Shown here piece after piece: positions 42,001 to 56,461 of a stretch of 64,000 nucleotides of DNA (position 1 is the first letter of the stretch; the number at the start of each line of letters is the position of its first letter). The translations under genes and the position numbers were made by a program. The notes under the pieces were generated by a model. That model was not told the origin of the DNA and did not search any database. It saw only the letters and a list, made by a program, of their open reading frames with translations. Source of the stretch: Seison nebaliae (taxonomy: Eukaryota); contig JALJEE010002282.1 of assembly GCA_023231475.1 (NCBI GenBank), forward strand, positions 62,001-126,000, in the 5' to 3' direction.

Positions 42001-45000
42001 ATTAGGGTGGTACGGTAGATCTCCATCTCGATGCAACTTCCATTTTAACGAAGGTATGTAGAAGTCGAGTAAAGTTTCTGAAGAGAAACAGAAAGAAAAA
42101 CTTTTGTCAGAATGATCGTTGACGAATTGGACATCACAGATTATTATTATTCCATTTATAATTTGAAACCAATTCCATTTTAAGGAATTAGAATCAAATT
42201 ACGTCGACGTAATATTTAATAATTTCCATAGTAATGATAATCTGCCCAATTTCTTTCACTTCTTTCCAGTTCGTTGATAAGTTAATCTCGATTTTCATTT
42301 CATTCGCTCACAAATGATTCACATCTCAATCTATGTGACACTCAATTCTCATCATAATTACCACGCTAAACCTACATAAACACGAAGGAAATTGTTAAGC
42401 TTATGTGTTTTCTTGGATTAATCGTCCTTCGAACTTCGGACCATTAGAAATTGGAAAATTTGTATTTCCAGTTTTTTTTTCTTTTACAATTTTCTTCATT
42501 TTATTTTTCATCATATTTTGATTAGTTTATTATTTCCAAATGGTTAATTAGTATTTATAATCACGTATTTACGTGTTGGGAGAAATGGTGAATGAAGTGC
42601 AATCGAATCATCTGAGAAATATATGAACAGATTGAATTGAGCGTTATTTACCGAAAGGATTTCCTTCAGCAATCTTTTCCTTTTTGCACTTCTACTGCCT
42701 CCGGGAGATGAAGATGAGACGAAACGATTCACGAATAATTGATCATTGTGATCGACAATCGAGAATTGATCTAATGGGAGAAAGAAGTTTTTTTATTGAA
42801 TTCCTAATATTTGTGTAAATGATTATTACTATTTGGTCACTTATTTATTTCTTTCTCTCCTCCAACATCCATCATCATTTCTTCATCGATTCAATAATAT
42901 TATTGGAGAGAAATGTTCAGGATCTCATTGTATTCGAATGTTTGTCGTATTTTATTCCATTTCATCTTTATTTTCTTTTCTTTCTCCAAATCGGTCGATC
43001 AACGTTTCCGCTTTCCTCACGACCAGAATGTGAAGAAAAGAAGCGGAGTTCATTTAAAAATGACTTTTCTCCTCGAGGAATCGTTCCACTCGTCCACTGA
43101 ATGGCGGATGCTCACCTCAGCTAAATATTTTTCTTGTACATTCTCATATCATTCTTTGGAGAAACAAGAAAGTTCGTATTTCCCGTTTGGTTTCATCCAT
43201 TCTTCCTTCCCACTGTGCTCTTTCGTATGTACAACCGAAGAGAAAATGGAAATTAATTTCTTCCATTCTCATTCATTCCGAAAGAAATGTTTGTGAAAAA
43301 AAATTCGTTGAAGAAAAAATTGTCATTCCAAAAATTACTAAACGAATTTTTATGACATAAAATTATTTAACGACAATCAATTTGATGACCCATTCCATCA
43401 CTCAATTTCATCATCATCATCAGTACCAGTCGTCAAACAACATACAATTGTCGAATTGTGTTGGATGAATAATCGAACATTGTTCAACGGAACAGTCTTA
43501 TGGTGTCGTTAAACTCCCATTTCCGAATGGTTTCCGTTCTTGACCGCCTCGTCGAATTGTCATGAAAAACTAATTATTTCATTTGTCTCCTCAATCACAT
43601 AACTGTCGCTACATCGATTTCATTGAACAAATTCATAATATTCCTTTCGTTCCATTAATCGATCTTCAAAGATTTCAACGATTTTCAGATAAACAAAAAT
43701 TTCTTTATAAGACTTCAGTAGATGTGAGAAATTTAGCGAAAATCTCAAACAATCAATCGAGATTAATGATTGTGACTAAATGATTGAATAATAGATATAA
43801 CGAACCGAAAAGTGATATTTACGATTCAACACCTTACACCTTTCCTGTTTCCATTTTTCCTCTTAGTTTCCACATGGTGTGATCGTTTTTGGAATGTGTG
43901 AAGCGACAATAGATTCTTTCAAATTTATATAGTTCTTCTTGCCTATTGTGATGGACATTGGTCATCTTTCTTTTTTTTTCTTCTTCTCAATTCATTTCAC
44001 ACACTCACCAAATTCCAATTGTCATTTTCACGAATTTCATAATTAATGAACGTGCAAAATAGGAAGAATAAACTTCATCATATTTTACCGGAAGTTCACT
44101 CGTTTCCATTTAGTCTTAAGTCCTTTGTTCAATAGTGCGGTGGTTGTTTGATAGTGAGATTGGAGGGGAGGAAGAAACAATTCTTAATTTCCGTTACCCA
44201 TCATTCTTTCTGAAGATATATGATAATCTTTCTTTTTATCGTTTCCTTTCTCAATTATCGTTCTTATATCAAGTCGAGAAATTTTTCGAGAAATTCTCAT
44301 CTGTGACATCGATTTAGATTGAGGTTTATTCGCAACTGTAATATCTGTATATTATTCATAAGAAAGAAAAATATAAAAATCAATCTCATTTTTCTTTCTG
44401 TTTCAATAACGAGTCTAGTCGGAGAGGTTGAGTGCGTCTAAGGAGGAGAATATGAAAATCGGAGTCCGAACTAATGCAAATATGAAAGAATGTGATTTCC
44501 GTTCACTGTTGGTCCCCACGTTCATATGATGACCACTTACAAACAATTCTTACTTTTCCTTTCTTATTTACATTATTTGACTACGAAATTATGTTGAGAT
44601 ACTTCACTTACCAACTTATCAATTGTTTTCTCTCAACCATTTTCTGAAGATTTCTCTTTCATTATTATCGATTACATTGTATCATCAATCAAAATAATAA
44701 CGATTTTTATTTTAATCATTCACTCAATTTTAGGTTAGATTAATATATCAATTTTTCTTCATTATTAATTACAATTTTTTGTCCATATTCTAATTAAGAT
44801 TTTTTTGTTTTTATAATTCGTTTCTTCTTCTTTCAAGTTCAGACGAGAATCAAAAGATTCCGTTCAATGGAATGGACTGATTAGAATTGCATTAATTTTA
44901 ATGAAATTCATTGCTGGAAATAAATATTCAAGATATTTCTTTCATGTGGGTAAATGTTCAATGGAGTGAAAGATTATTGAAGTTTTTTCCTTCTTTTCGA

Positions 45001-47968
45001 AGAAGAAAATAGAAATTCCTTCATTTAAAATTAACGACGGCGGTCCAGAAAGTTTGCACATAAAAACAGTAGACGTAAATGAAGATTAGATTTAAGTGAA
45101 TGAATTAGGGGATATCGAATTTTACTATTATTTTCTCTTAAACAATTTTTATGGCTCATCGACACATAAGCTCATCATCGACCCCGACATCGATTTAAGT
45201 GAGAAGTTTTTTTGTGGTAGCCGCATATCAATCATCCTGATTTGCTTCTGTCTCTCAAACGTGCACTTTCTCTTCAACACGTCCTAATCGGAGGATGGAG
45301 TTCCATGTGAATGTGGGAGAGATGATATATTAGCGATGGTGTACATAAGAATTGGTGTGGAAATTATGATTATCAAAGTAGAGGATGAATTCGCTTTCTT
45401 CAAAAAGTCATTATTGCCCTTTTATTTACAGGTCGACCATCTTCACTTGGAGTTCATTTGCATTTGTAGAATCAACAAGAAAATTATGAAGAAAATGACC
45501 ATCGATAAAGAGAGCATACTATACAGTCCCCATGTACATTTGCATATAGATTATTATTGTTAGAACTTTCTAAGACTAACTACTTCAATCATCACAAACT
45601 TCAAATGATGGTTTGTTTCGTCTTCTTTCATTCAACAAATCGAGATAACCATCGAACAGAATCAGTTCATTTCAATGTTTTGTTCATGAGATTTCATCAA
45701 TACTCCCTTATCTTCTCGTGTGGTATTGTTGTTGTGGGTGGGATGTGTGTGTATGGGTGTGTGGATAGTGGTCAATGGAAAGGATTTAGTGATAGGAACG
45801 ATAAGTTTTCGATTTGACCGATGAGTGAAGTGTCAAGATTTTTATCTTTTTCTTCTTCTTCTTCATTATTCGAACGAGATGAGAGTACTGCAGGCGATAA
45901 TTGGAGTGAAAGTTCCATCGACATTATCTGTAAGATCTCTTATTCAAATGATGACGATGGTGATGATTGAATTGATAATGAACATGTTGTTCTTCGTTTT
46001 ATTATTATAATGATTTTTCTCATCAAAAGATGAATAGATTTGCTTAAGAGAATTATGCATGAATTAATGGATAATAATGAAGAATGAAGAGAATTATCAT
46101 TTCATTGTTTCATTATCATTTGGATGGTATTCGTGCATTATCAAAACTTCGTCCAAACTCCTTTTCTTCATAATCATTCGAGTTGTTATAAAGAAAGAAA
46201 TTGAATATGCTTATTTATTAACAGCTAATAAATCTGATTAATATTTCTTCTTAATGTTCTTTTCTTATTTAATGTTGTCCCTCCTTAGTATCTTAATATA
46301 ATTGGAAACAATCGGCCACAATTCACTGGTCGATCATCGTCGCACTAACTAACTTGTTCTCCGAGTTTACTTATCTCACTATTACTGCTTCGTCGTCTTA
46401 TATATGAATGAATAAACAATTGAATAGTAATGACGGTGTTATAATAATGTCTTCGGAGATGCATGCCGCCCCACCATTAAGTGTGCCTACAATGTGCACA
46501 GAATGGACAGCGGTCAAGAAGATTGCTTATTTCTTTTTCTCATTTTTTATTCATTACTCTCCTCTCTCACATTCAATTTGCTTCAATCTCCTATAGATAT
46601 TGATAGAAAATCGAAATTCTATTAATTCTCCTTTTCTTTAATCGAATGGCAATAATGCAACTTCTCTTTCGTCACCAACATCATTCCATCACGATCGCAA
46701 TCATTCTATTATGGTGCAAATTCAATCTCCCTCAAATTCACATCCATCGATGCGAAGTATCAACACACGTAGAATATTAATTAGTTGGAGATGCGAACTA
46801 TTTTTTATTCATTCCATTCTATCACTACAACATTTTTCTTCCACAAAACTTCTTTCCATCCAAATTCCATTTTTTCCAATCCAATCTTCTCAACTCGAAT
46901 TGGAATGACGACTATTATTATAATATTTTCTCCAAAATGAGTTCGATACCATAAAAAGAATGTTTATTCGTCGAACATAATCTTCTTCCTTATCTACTTC
47001 GTCCTTGTCGTTCTGATTAGAATCGATGCTCAACTATCGATTATAAACACAATGTCTAAGATAATTGAAGAAAGCGCAAAAGTTATTTCCATTCAATTTC
47101 AACCATTTCATCTTCAAAGAGACATATCGTTTATCATCATATCAATCCCGTTATCATGTCATGTTAAAGTTCATCAAACATTCCATAGAATTAGATGAGA
47201 AAACGGAAAAAATGATCTGCTGCATTTATGATTGCTCATAACAGATTTTCCATTTGGAGAAGTTGGAGAGAATGTGTATTGAATTTCAATTTCTGACGTA
47301 AAAAATGGTCGTTGATTGGGAGGTTGGTTGAATGAGGAAATGAATCGAACATTTCTTAATTTATTCTCATCAAACTCTTGTTAGGAGCAGGTGATAGCAG
47401 TGTCCTGTGGTGCTCATATTATACCTGTATTCTTGCTCTCCACTCTTCATTCATTATTCGTCTCAATTGACTAGTTATTCTTTTCCATCATCATCACCAT
47501 CACCATCATTATTATCATCATCATGATTATCGTTAGTAGTAGTGAGCAGATGGAAATAAATAAACAAATAAATTTAATGTGGAAGAAGAAGAAACAAAAG
47601 GAAAAGAAAATTATGATATAAAATTACTGACTGACATCGTTATTGGATAGTAGGTGCGCTTGTTTAATGTTACGCTGTGTGGTCATTCCTCATTCGGTGC
47701 AGAGAATATTCATCTTTCCAATTCATTAACAGACCGTGTTTGTTCACGTATTTACTTTTCAGAATAAACAGACAACCAAATTCCGGTTGCGGTCGTACAG
47801 AGAATTGATTGAGAAAACTTCTTGGAAAATATTTTGTTCGACAACTTTCCTTTGTTTTGTTTCTCTCAACTCATTTCTTTTTCTCGTTCTAAATATCCTC
47901 TCAATTCTACTAATTTACTTATGAACATAATTAAGAAATATAATTATTTTAAAATTTTGTTTTATCAG

Positions 47969-50900
47969 ATGAATTTAATTTTTTGGAATTTGCTCATTCT
48001 AATACAACTTCTCCATATCAATGCTAAATTGTCGATGTTGGATTTGAAAACGATTAGAGTGGAGGAGAACATTGAAATTGGAAGGGAAGTGGCGAATTTG
48101 AATGGAATTCTAAGGAAACTTTATCCGAATATCGACGAGAAATTACATTTCACTTCATCACCATCTTCAACATTTTTAGTCGATCGTTACGATGGAAGAA
48201 TCGTAGTGATGAGGAGGGTTGATCGAGAGTCGATTTGTCCTGAATTGAAACCAAATGTTCAATGTAAAATTTTGATGGATGTGACAATGATCGGTGAAAG
48301 AAATCCTGCATCGATGTACATTGGAAAACTGACCATTATCATTTTGGATCAGAATGACAATGTTCCGATGTTCGAGAAGCCGACGATGTTCATCGAATTG
48401 TCGGAGAATGCTGAGCCTCATCATTTAGTTTCATTAATTGATCAAGCCATCGATATCGATAGTAATGGTCACGAACTGATTTATTCACTTCATTATAACG
48501 ATAATTCATCGTCATTAAATAGTCGATCACAACATCAACAACAACAACAACATCATCATCCGTTCGTTCTTTATCATGCTCAATATTTAGGTAGAGATCA
48601 TCATCCGTCATCAAACGAATGGAAATGGGATGAGAATTATATGTTGATTACTGGTGTCGATTTGAATGAGAATGATGATTCGTTGAAATTATTTCTTATT
48701 TCACCCATCGATTATGAGAAGAAAGCATTTTATGATTTGAAAATTCGTGTATTCGATGGGAAACATTCGAATGAACTCTCCGTCTTTATTCGACTAATTA
48801 ACGAGAATGACAATAAACCGAAATTCAAAAAATCTTCTTATCGGTTCCTCTTATCGGAAGTTGAGAGACCGAATATCGCCATAGGTAAAATTGAAGGGAT
48901 CGATGCAGATGTGGAGGCTGAAGAACGACAATTAATCGAGACAACTCGACATCGATTCTCTCCGGAAATGTTTATGAATAAATTGAAATACAGTTTAATT
49001 TCGGTTCGTGGGAAATTTTATAAAAATAACGAAATTTATTCCGTTCCGAAAATTGTGGGAAATAACAATAATTCTATATCGAATGAAGTGGCTATCGTGG
49101 GATTAAGAAGGAGACAAAGACATCGTTCTCTATCATCAATTTTCCATCTCAATCCAACAACCGGATTATTATCATTAAAAGAATCGATCGATCGTGAAAT
49201 TGATGGAGATGAGATTCAGTTAAAAATCAATGTTTTCGATGGTCTCTATCATGCTTATACCATTTGTACGATAGTGATAGTTGATGAGAATGATAATTCT
49301 CCAAAATTTCAAATATTAACACAAATCGAACAATCGACATCGGATCAATCGAAACGAGATAATAATGAAGATAATCAATTAACTATTCCAATTAATGTTA
49401 ATGAATTGGCACCTCATGGAACATTTCTGACACGATTCCATTTGACTGATGAGGATAGTGAGGAGAGAGGTCAAACGATTTGTTGCGATATCGAATCTGA
49501 TGTTCCCAATATCGTTCAATTGAGAATGTTACCAGATGCATCGATCGCTCTTATTACGAATTTGTCACCATTACCAATTCGTATGAATTCCACATACGAT
49601 AAACAGAAACGATCAACTTCGCTTACAAACGATTATTATTATTATGGACGAGATAATGAAGATGAGATGAAATCGAATGGCCCAAATGAAAACGAGGAAA
49701 TTTCTTTTGTTAATATCAGATTAACGGCGGAAGATAATGCACCAAAATCAACGAGAAAGAGAACGGTGCAAAAGTTTCGTCTTCGAATTAAAGACGAAAA
49801 TAATCATCGAGTTCAATTTAAGGGAGCTCAAGATCAATTTATATTTTACGTGCAAGAAACGAATGAGAAAAACGGTAACCGTTTGAAAAATGTGGAGAAT
49901 GCTCTCGGTAAATTGGAAGCGATCGATTTGAAAGATTTACCAGCAAATCGTCGTGTTGTTTATAAACTTTCATCAATTCTCTCTCAGAAAGATCGTCTTC
50001 CTTTATCATTCTCATTATTCCGAACATATTCATCGGAATGTTATGATTCATATTCGTCTACTTTCCTTCATGACCTTCAATCGAACAAATATTTCAATAA
50101 TTATTTCCTTACACCTCATCTCACTTTCAGTCATAAGAGAAATCTATTGATAATGAAGAGTGAAGTGGATCGTGAAGAGATGGTGAGTGATATAAAGAAA
50201 TTATTTCTCTTATATTTGAATACGATTGAATCGTTTCGAAATAGTCGAAAGAATAAGAATAAATTGGAATTATTGACGACTATTCTCGTCGAATCATTTT
50301 TTAAATCAAGTGAAATATCGAAACTTCTCAAATTGACATCTCAATCTGTCATTTTAGGAAAGACGAGTAATATTCGCTCGATCTTATTACCGAGAATTGT
50401 ATGGAAAGATCTCACTCCAACAATTCCCATACTCGTTCGTGCATTGGATAGTAAATCATTTATTATGGAAGCGGAAATTATCGTGAGAGTAGTAGTGACT
50501 GATATTAATGATGTGGCTCCGAAATTCTTAACAAATCAAACATTCTTCGAAGTCATTCCTGGTTATCAAGGTTATGTTGGTTCGATAAACGCGGTCGATA
50601 AAGATTCGGGAAATTTCCTTACGTACTATCTGGTGGATGTTGAACGAATTAATAATACGACGGAAACGGATGAAAGTCTTGTGAGATCACCAAGAAAGAA
50701 GAAGAAGAATTCACGTCGAACCATCAGAAAGACGATGGATATCGATGTGGTAGAAGGAAGCAAATCATCCGATGTGAAAAAGGAAAAAATTTTCCAATCC
50801 GATTATTTCGATTATTTTAGTGTGGTGGCCAACAACGGGCAAATATATACTACGTCCAGTCTCCTTTTAGGAAATGAAGAATTCCGTTTATCTATCGCCG

Positions 50901-51897
50901 TTACTGATGGAACTTTCACCACCACAACATCAGCCACTATTTACGTTCTTAATCATACGATGGCGAGTGATTGGCGTGCACCATCGTCAATGAATAATCG
51001 CCATGATTTCCAGAATTCTTATGATCCAAATTCGATGTATCATCGAAATCGATTAACGAAGAACGCCTTCAAACAATATTGGTTAATGAAATTGAATGAT
51101 ATTTTATCAAAACCGAAAATTGTTTATGGTGTGGGAGCGAGTCTTTTTATTCTATTGATCATCGCTATCATAATAACGGCGCTTGTTCGTCGATTTAAGA
51201 AACGACAAGTTCATCGTTCCGATAGAAGAGGAACGAGATCGAATAATTCGAAATTAGACAAACATCATGATAAAGCGTCATATTCTCCCCTACTTGTACA
51301 TCCGACAACATTTAGGAATTCAAATACTGAATCGGAAACATTCTCCGACGACGTGACGCATTCGAATGAGAGGAAATTAGTCGATAAATTATTTGCAATT
51401 GATGAGAATTCAACAATTTGTACTTCACCTACTCATTCAGGCAATTCGTACAGTTAGACGAGATTTTTTCATTTAATTTTTTCAATTTATTCTTATTAGA
51501 CGGCAAATCAACCATTCAACGATTGAATGATATCAGGAAATCAGATATCAATCGTCAAAGTGTGGAAAGTGGATCTTATGATGATCCGAATGATTCGCTC
51601 AATAGTGCCACTGTTCGCACAGGTCTCAGTAACAACGGAAATTATGATATGGGCTCAGATAATTCAGAACCGACATGGCCCTTCGCCTACTCGACATTAT
51701 CAACGACAGTGAAACCAAGTTACTGTCGAAACGAAGTGAACAATTCAGGAATGTTCAAATCTCAAAATGATCTAACTACTCCAATCAATAAGATATATCG
51801 ATATCAACAAAGGCAATCACCCAACAAACTCATCAATCATTCACCTATGATAGTAACAAACGGACACACCATAAATGATAATGTCGATTATGTATAG
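47969..51897 (+). CDS. Protocadherin-like cadherin: about six ectodomain repeats plus TM in one large exon, then a short cytoplasmic exon
   Basis: Signal peptide after CAG|ATG at 47969; DRE/DYE and DQNDN, NENDN, DENDN, DENNH, DINDV linkers; TM 'IVYGVGASLFILLIIAIIITALV'; intron ~51453-51499. Confidence 0.88.
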
Positions 51898-52455
51898 CGC
51901 GGATGATTTCTGTTTATCACACCTCATTTTATATTTTCCAAACTCAATACTCTTCAGTCATTATACCTCACACGTATTTGTATAGTTATTTAACGTTTCC
52001 ATCGCTTTAATCTCATTCAACTCTCGCTCGATGGTTGACCGATTAATCGCCAATAATTCATATGAAATTCTCCAAATGAATCTTGTGCATCTGATTTTAC
52101 CAATTTTTAAATCATTCTTTTAAATAAATCGATCTGGTTTTCCTTTCTCTTCGCAATACCATCCTAAACTCAATGATATATACAAAATGTTAAAAACCAA
52201 ATAATAATTGAATTGGAAAAATAATAATTATAATTTCACGTTGATTCTATCAGTATTAAAAGTAATTACACCTATTATCTCAGACATAATAAGCAGAGCA
52301 AATTACTATGACTATTTATAACAAGTTCATCTTTTATTCTTCTCGACTATCAGAGGAACTTTCTGACGATTTTATTTTACTAATCCTTTCGTTACTAAAC
52401 TCTTTTTTGTCCTGTTTCTATCATTTCGTTAATAACCGGCATCTTCATTGATCAA

Positions 52456-52953
52456 TAGGAGATCGATTAACGTTCGTTGTCGTTCTTCCCAATGACAAGA
52501 AAAATGGATTCAAAAAAATTGCAAGTCGATTTAATTCAGAAATTCGCTTAAGGTACTTATTCCAAAATTCAAAGTTGAACTGACCGGGTCTGTTGGTAAT
52601 TTTATCAGTTATTATTTCTAACAATTCTTCTCATTTTCAGATTGTTGATAATTTGGAGAAAATCCGTCTTTCAAGTTGTTTTTCTAGCATCAATTCCGAT
52701 TTTTCAGGAATGGCGAGACGTGATGACCTTTAGATTTCAAGCATTTTTCAAACATCACTCATTGAGGTGGATGAAGAAGGGATGAAAGCTAGATCAGCAA
52801 TGAGAGTCAATTATAGATATGTATGTCCCGTTATGGTGATAAAATTTTATGAAATGATTTGTGATCGTCCTTTCATTACTTTTTTTTCCTGAGAGACTCA
52901 ATATGATACTTTTTGCCGGATATTTTGCAAATCCGCAAAAAGTTATTAAATGA
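52456..52953 (+). pseudogene. 5'-truncated serpin pseudogene, paralogue of 31629-32852
   Basis: GDRLTFVVVLPNDKKNGF, IPKFKVE, the homologous intron, EVDEEG, ICDRPF and ILFAGYFANP; carries an in-frame TAG, a deletion and frameshifts. Confidence 0.85.
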
Positions 52954-54107
52954 GATTTTTGTTTAAGGATTTCCTTTTGTAGAGTTTAATTGAAATCTTA
53001 AAAATTTATTTTGTAAATTTCATTTAAATTCTTTCAACTTTACATCTCTAAATGTAAAGAGCTTTGTTATTTTCAATTTGAATTTCATCCGAAATAAAAG
53101 TTAATCGACATATAACAATGTACTAAAACCATTGGTAAACTTGTTGTTTATCAGTTCACAATTCAAATTTATTTCTTACAATACCATTAGATATTCTTGA
53201 GATGACATAAAAGGAACTAAATTAGTCAAAAAAATTAACAGCAGGAAGTCAAAGGAACTTGAATATAAAACCACGAGACAATAAATCATGGAAACATTCC
53301 ATCATAACGGTTATAGTTCCAGTTGAAAAATTCATCAATTTCAAAGAACTGATAATATAAAAAATATGTTGGACAACAAATGTTTTAACATGGTTTTATG
53401 TGTGAATTAATTGAATCATGGTGATTCAATCGTAATAAATTTCGATTTATATAAAATTCAATTTCTAAATGAAAATATTTTTATTGGTCACCTGCAATTT
53501 ATAGTTTAAATTGCCATTCTTTCATTTTATGGAAATTATTCATTATCTAATCATTATCTATTTTTCTAAATCATTATTTTTATTCCAAAATTATTTAATA
53601 TCAGATAGAGACAATTGTATTATGCAGATAATTTTAACTTTATTTCTTTTATCATTCAACTGGAGTTAATTTTATATGATCATTTAAAAAGTTAAATCAA
53701 CTTTAAATTAGGTCTATCTTATCCATTTTATGGTTCTGGAAATATCGGAAATTTCCAATTTAATGGTGGACAATCTCAAGGATATAAGACAAACGATAAC
53801 GAAGATGTCCAAACACAAGGTGTTTCAGTGAAAAGTGAGAATGGAGGAGGATATGGTGCAATTTCTTTGACGCAAAGTCAAACTGGTAAAATTCATGAAT
53901 ATTATCCAAAACCTGTTTATTGGCCGAATGATTATGATAATTTTTATTATTAATAAATTGAAGAAAATTTTTAGAGTCTCTTTCTTCCGAATTGTTCAAT
54001 TGGAAATTAATTTTTAATTTTCTTGAAATGTCAAACTTTTCACTTTAGTTCTCGTTTCGTTTTTTTCTTCTAGTAATTCTTCTAGCTGTCCAGTGGAATA
54101 TAGAACG

Positions 54108-55909
54108 ATGATCTATATCGTTCTAATGCTGGTAGTTATTCTACTGATTGGTTCGCTTAATATATTTAGTTTCTCACGTCCACCAAATGTCTATTATAAA
54201 CCGTGCTCGAGATTCGTTCGAAATCTTCTCATTAATACTCCGATAACTCATCAAATGTTCATAAAAATTTCATTGATTCCTTCATTCATTTCCATAACAT
54301 AGATATTATCCACCGTTGTTATGGGGTAAAAATATGTTTCTCCAACACATCGTATACGGATGTTTCTTCCAACGTTACAAAATGACAAGCCTCTCCGGCC
54401 AAAAAGGAAGTCTCAAATTACCAGATGGAGCATTAGTCTATTTTCATTTGTATGAGACACAGAATAAATTCACCTGTTCATATTTATTAATTATGATATT
54501 ATATTTTTTTCTTCAGATAATTACAACGGAGAAGAACCGCAAGATGTTGACGTAACTTTACTAATTTGTCCTGGTTTAGCATCTAACAGTAATACAGCTC
54601 ATGTTAATTCGTTAGCGAGATATGCTAAAGATAATGGTATGCGAGTTGTTAACAAAAATTTCTCAATATTCATATTAAATAAAATTTTTATTTATTTAGT
54701 TCGTTTTAGATCATTTGGGAACTGGCCTCAATGCAATTGTCACACCTCGAGTTTATAATTATGGTGACACTCTGGAATTGGTCGCTCTTACTAAATATAT
54801 CAAGTTGGACAATTTCCTTGAACAATTTTTTAAAATTTATTTTACAATTTATCAATTTTCAAATTTAGGGGTAAATATTTAAACACTCATTTATTTGCTG
54901 TTGGATTATCGATGGGAGCGAACATGTTGTTACGAGCTGTTGGTTTAATGAGCGAGAAATCTCAGACGGAATTTTTTGAAGCTGTCATCTCAATCTGTCA
55001 AGGATATGATATAAATAAGTTAAAGAGTATTAAATGAACATCTGTTAAACTATTATTGATCAGATGTATCGGATATATGTTGAGTTGGGAAAATGGTAGG
55101 TATTTACTTGCCATGAAAACGGGATCGTTTCAAAAAAGAATTCTAACTCGTCATCAAGACGTACTGTTAACGGATGCGGAACTGAAGAAACACAAGTTGA
55201 ATGTCGAGGAAATAATGAATTCGACGACATTATTAGATTTCGATGAAGCATACACAAGGTCATCTATTAAAATGAGAGAGAATTGAAATTTGAAATTTTC
55301 CAATTAGAAAAGTTAAAGGATTTCCATCAGTCAGATCGTTCTACGAATGGTCCAGTTGCGTCAATAGTATGTACGACGTTAAATTTCCAATATGACTCAC
55401 AATTAAGAAAATTCTGATATAGATTAAAATTCCGGTTTTGTGCGTAAATTCAGAAGATGACGAATTAGTTCCCAGATACATTTTCGATATTCCAATTAGA
55501 TTAACAGGTTCTCATAACCATATTTTTAGTAGAGAGTCACTCCCTATAGATGTTAACGAGAAAGCTTTATTTATAACTACCACTCATGGTGGTCATCTGT
55601 GCTATTTTGAAAATGGATTCATTTTACCCGATAAAGTGGCTTGGTGTGAAAGATTAGTAGTCCAATACAGTCAAGCGGTTATCGGCATTAAATATTCAGC
55701 AGTAAACAAAAGTGGAGAATTGAGCCGGTTAGTGAACTCTCGAAATTTTGTTGAACATATGTTAATTAATATAATTTAGAATTGATACAGAACATCTTCA
55801 AATTGTACCAGGTTCAAGAAGTCAATGTAAAGCTAAAATCGGTTCAAAATCATCAAAAGATTTATCAGAAGCCATATCTGAATTGACATTAAAAGTAAAG
55901 TTAGAATAA
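54108..55909 (+). CDS. ABHD2-like alpha/beta hydrolase, about 10 exons
   Basis: N-terminal TM, YYPPLLWGK, LICPGLASNS, nucleophile GLSMG, DFDEAYTR, VNSEDD and HGGHLCYFE. Confidence 0.85.
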
Positions 55910-56461
55910 CGAAAATATTACTAGAAATATTCAACAGACGAAATTTTGGCAATTATGAATTAAAATTTAAATATTCTCCTCATTTCCGTTTGATGATTTT
56001 ATAAAATTGAAAGAAATTTAATTCACATTTGGTAATTTTATAAAATTAAAAGAATAAATTAATTAAAAAGAAATTTAATATCCATTTAATTATTATATAA
56101 AATAGAGAAAAATTTTAATTTCCGTTTGACCTTTTAAATAAAATTGGAAGAAGTTTAGTTTCTATTTCAAGCGACAGAGTTTTAAATACCTTTGAAAGAT
56201 AAAATTATGGGGATATGCTTGAAATTTCGTTTTGTCCTTTAAATGGATTATTAAAATGAAAAAGGAAAGAGAATTAATCTAAATTTTACTAAATTCTCAA
56301 TAAGAGGACGATAATATATCGATTGGAGAGAGTACAAACGAATGAGTATTGATGTTAAAAAGTGTTAATAGAAATATATAGACGAAAATTTGATGAAGGA
56401 AAGACATTTGAATGAATGAGAAAAAACATCATTATTCACGTCATTTCTAAAATCGACATCT

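Noticed and set aside
37728..46908. Numerous 60-127 aa F/I/L/S-rich ORFs
   Set aside because: Composition is what AT-rich non-coding DNA gives; no motifs or consistent exon chain.
47822..47968. ORF-track N-terminal extension of the cadherin
   Set aside because: Starts at TTG and looks intronic; the signal peptide begins at ATG 47969 after a CAG acceptor.
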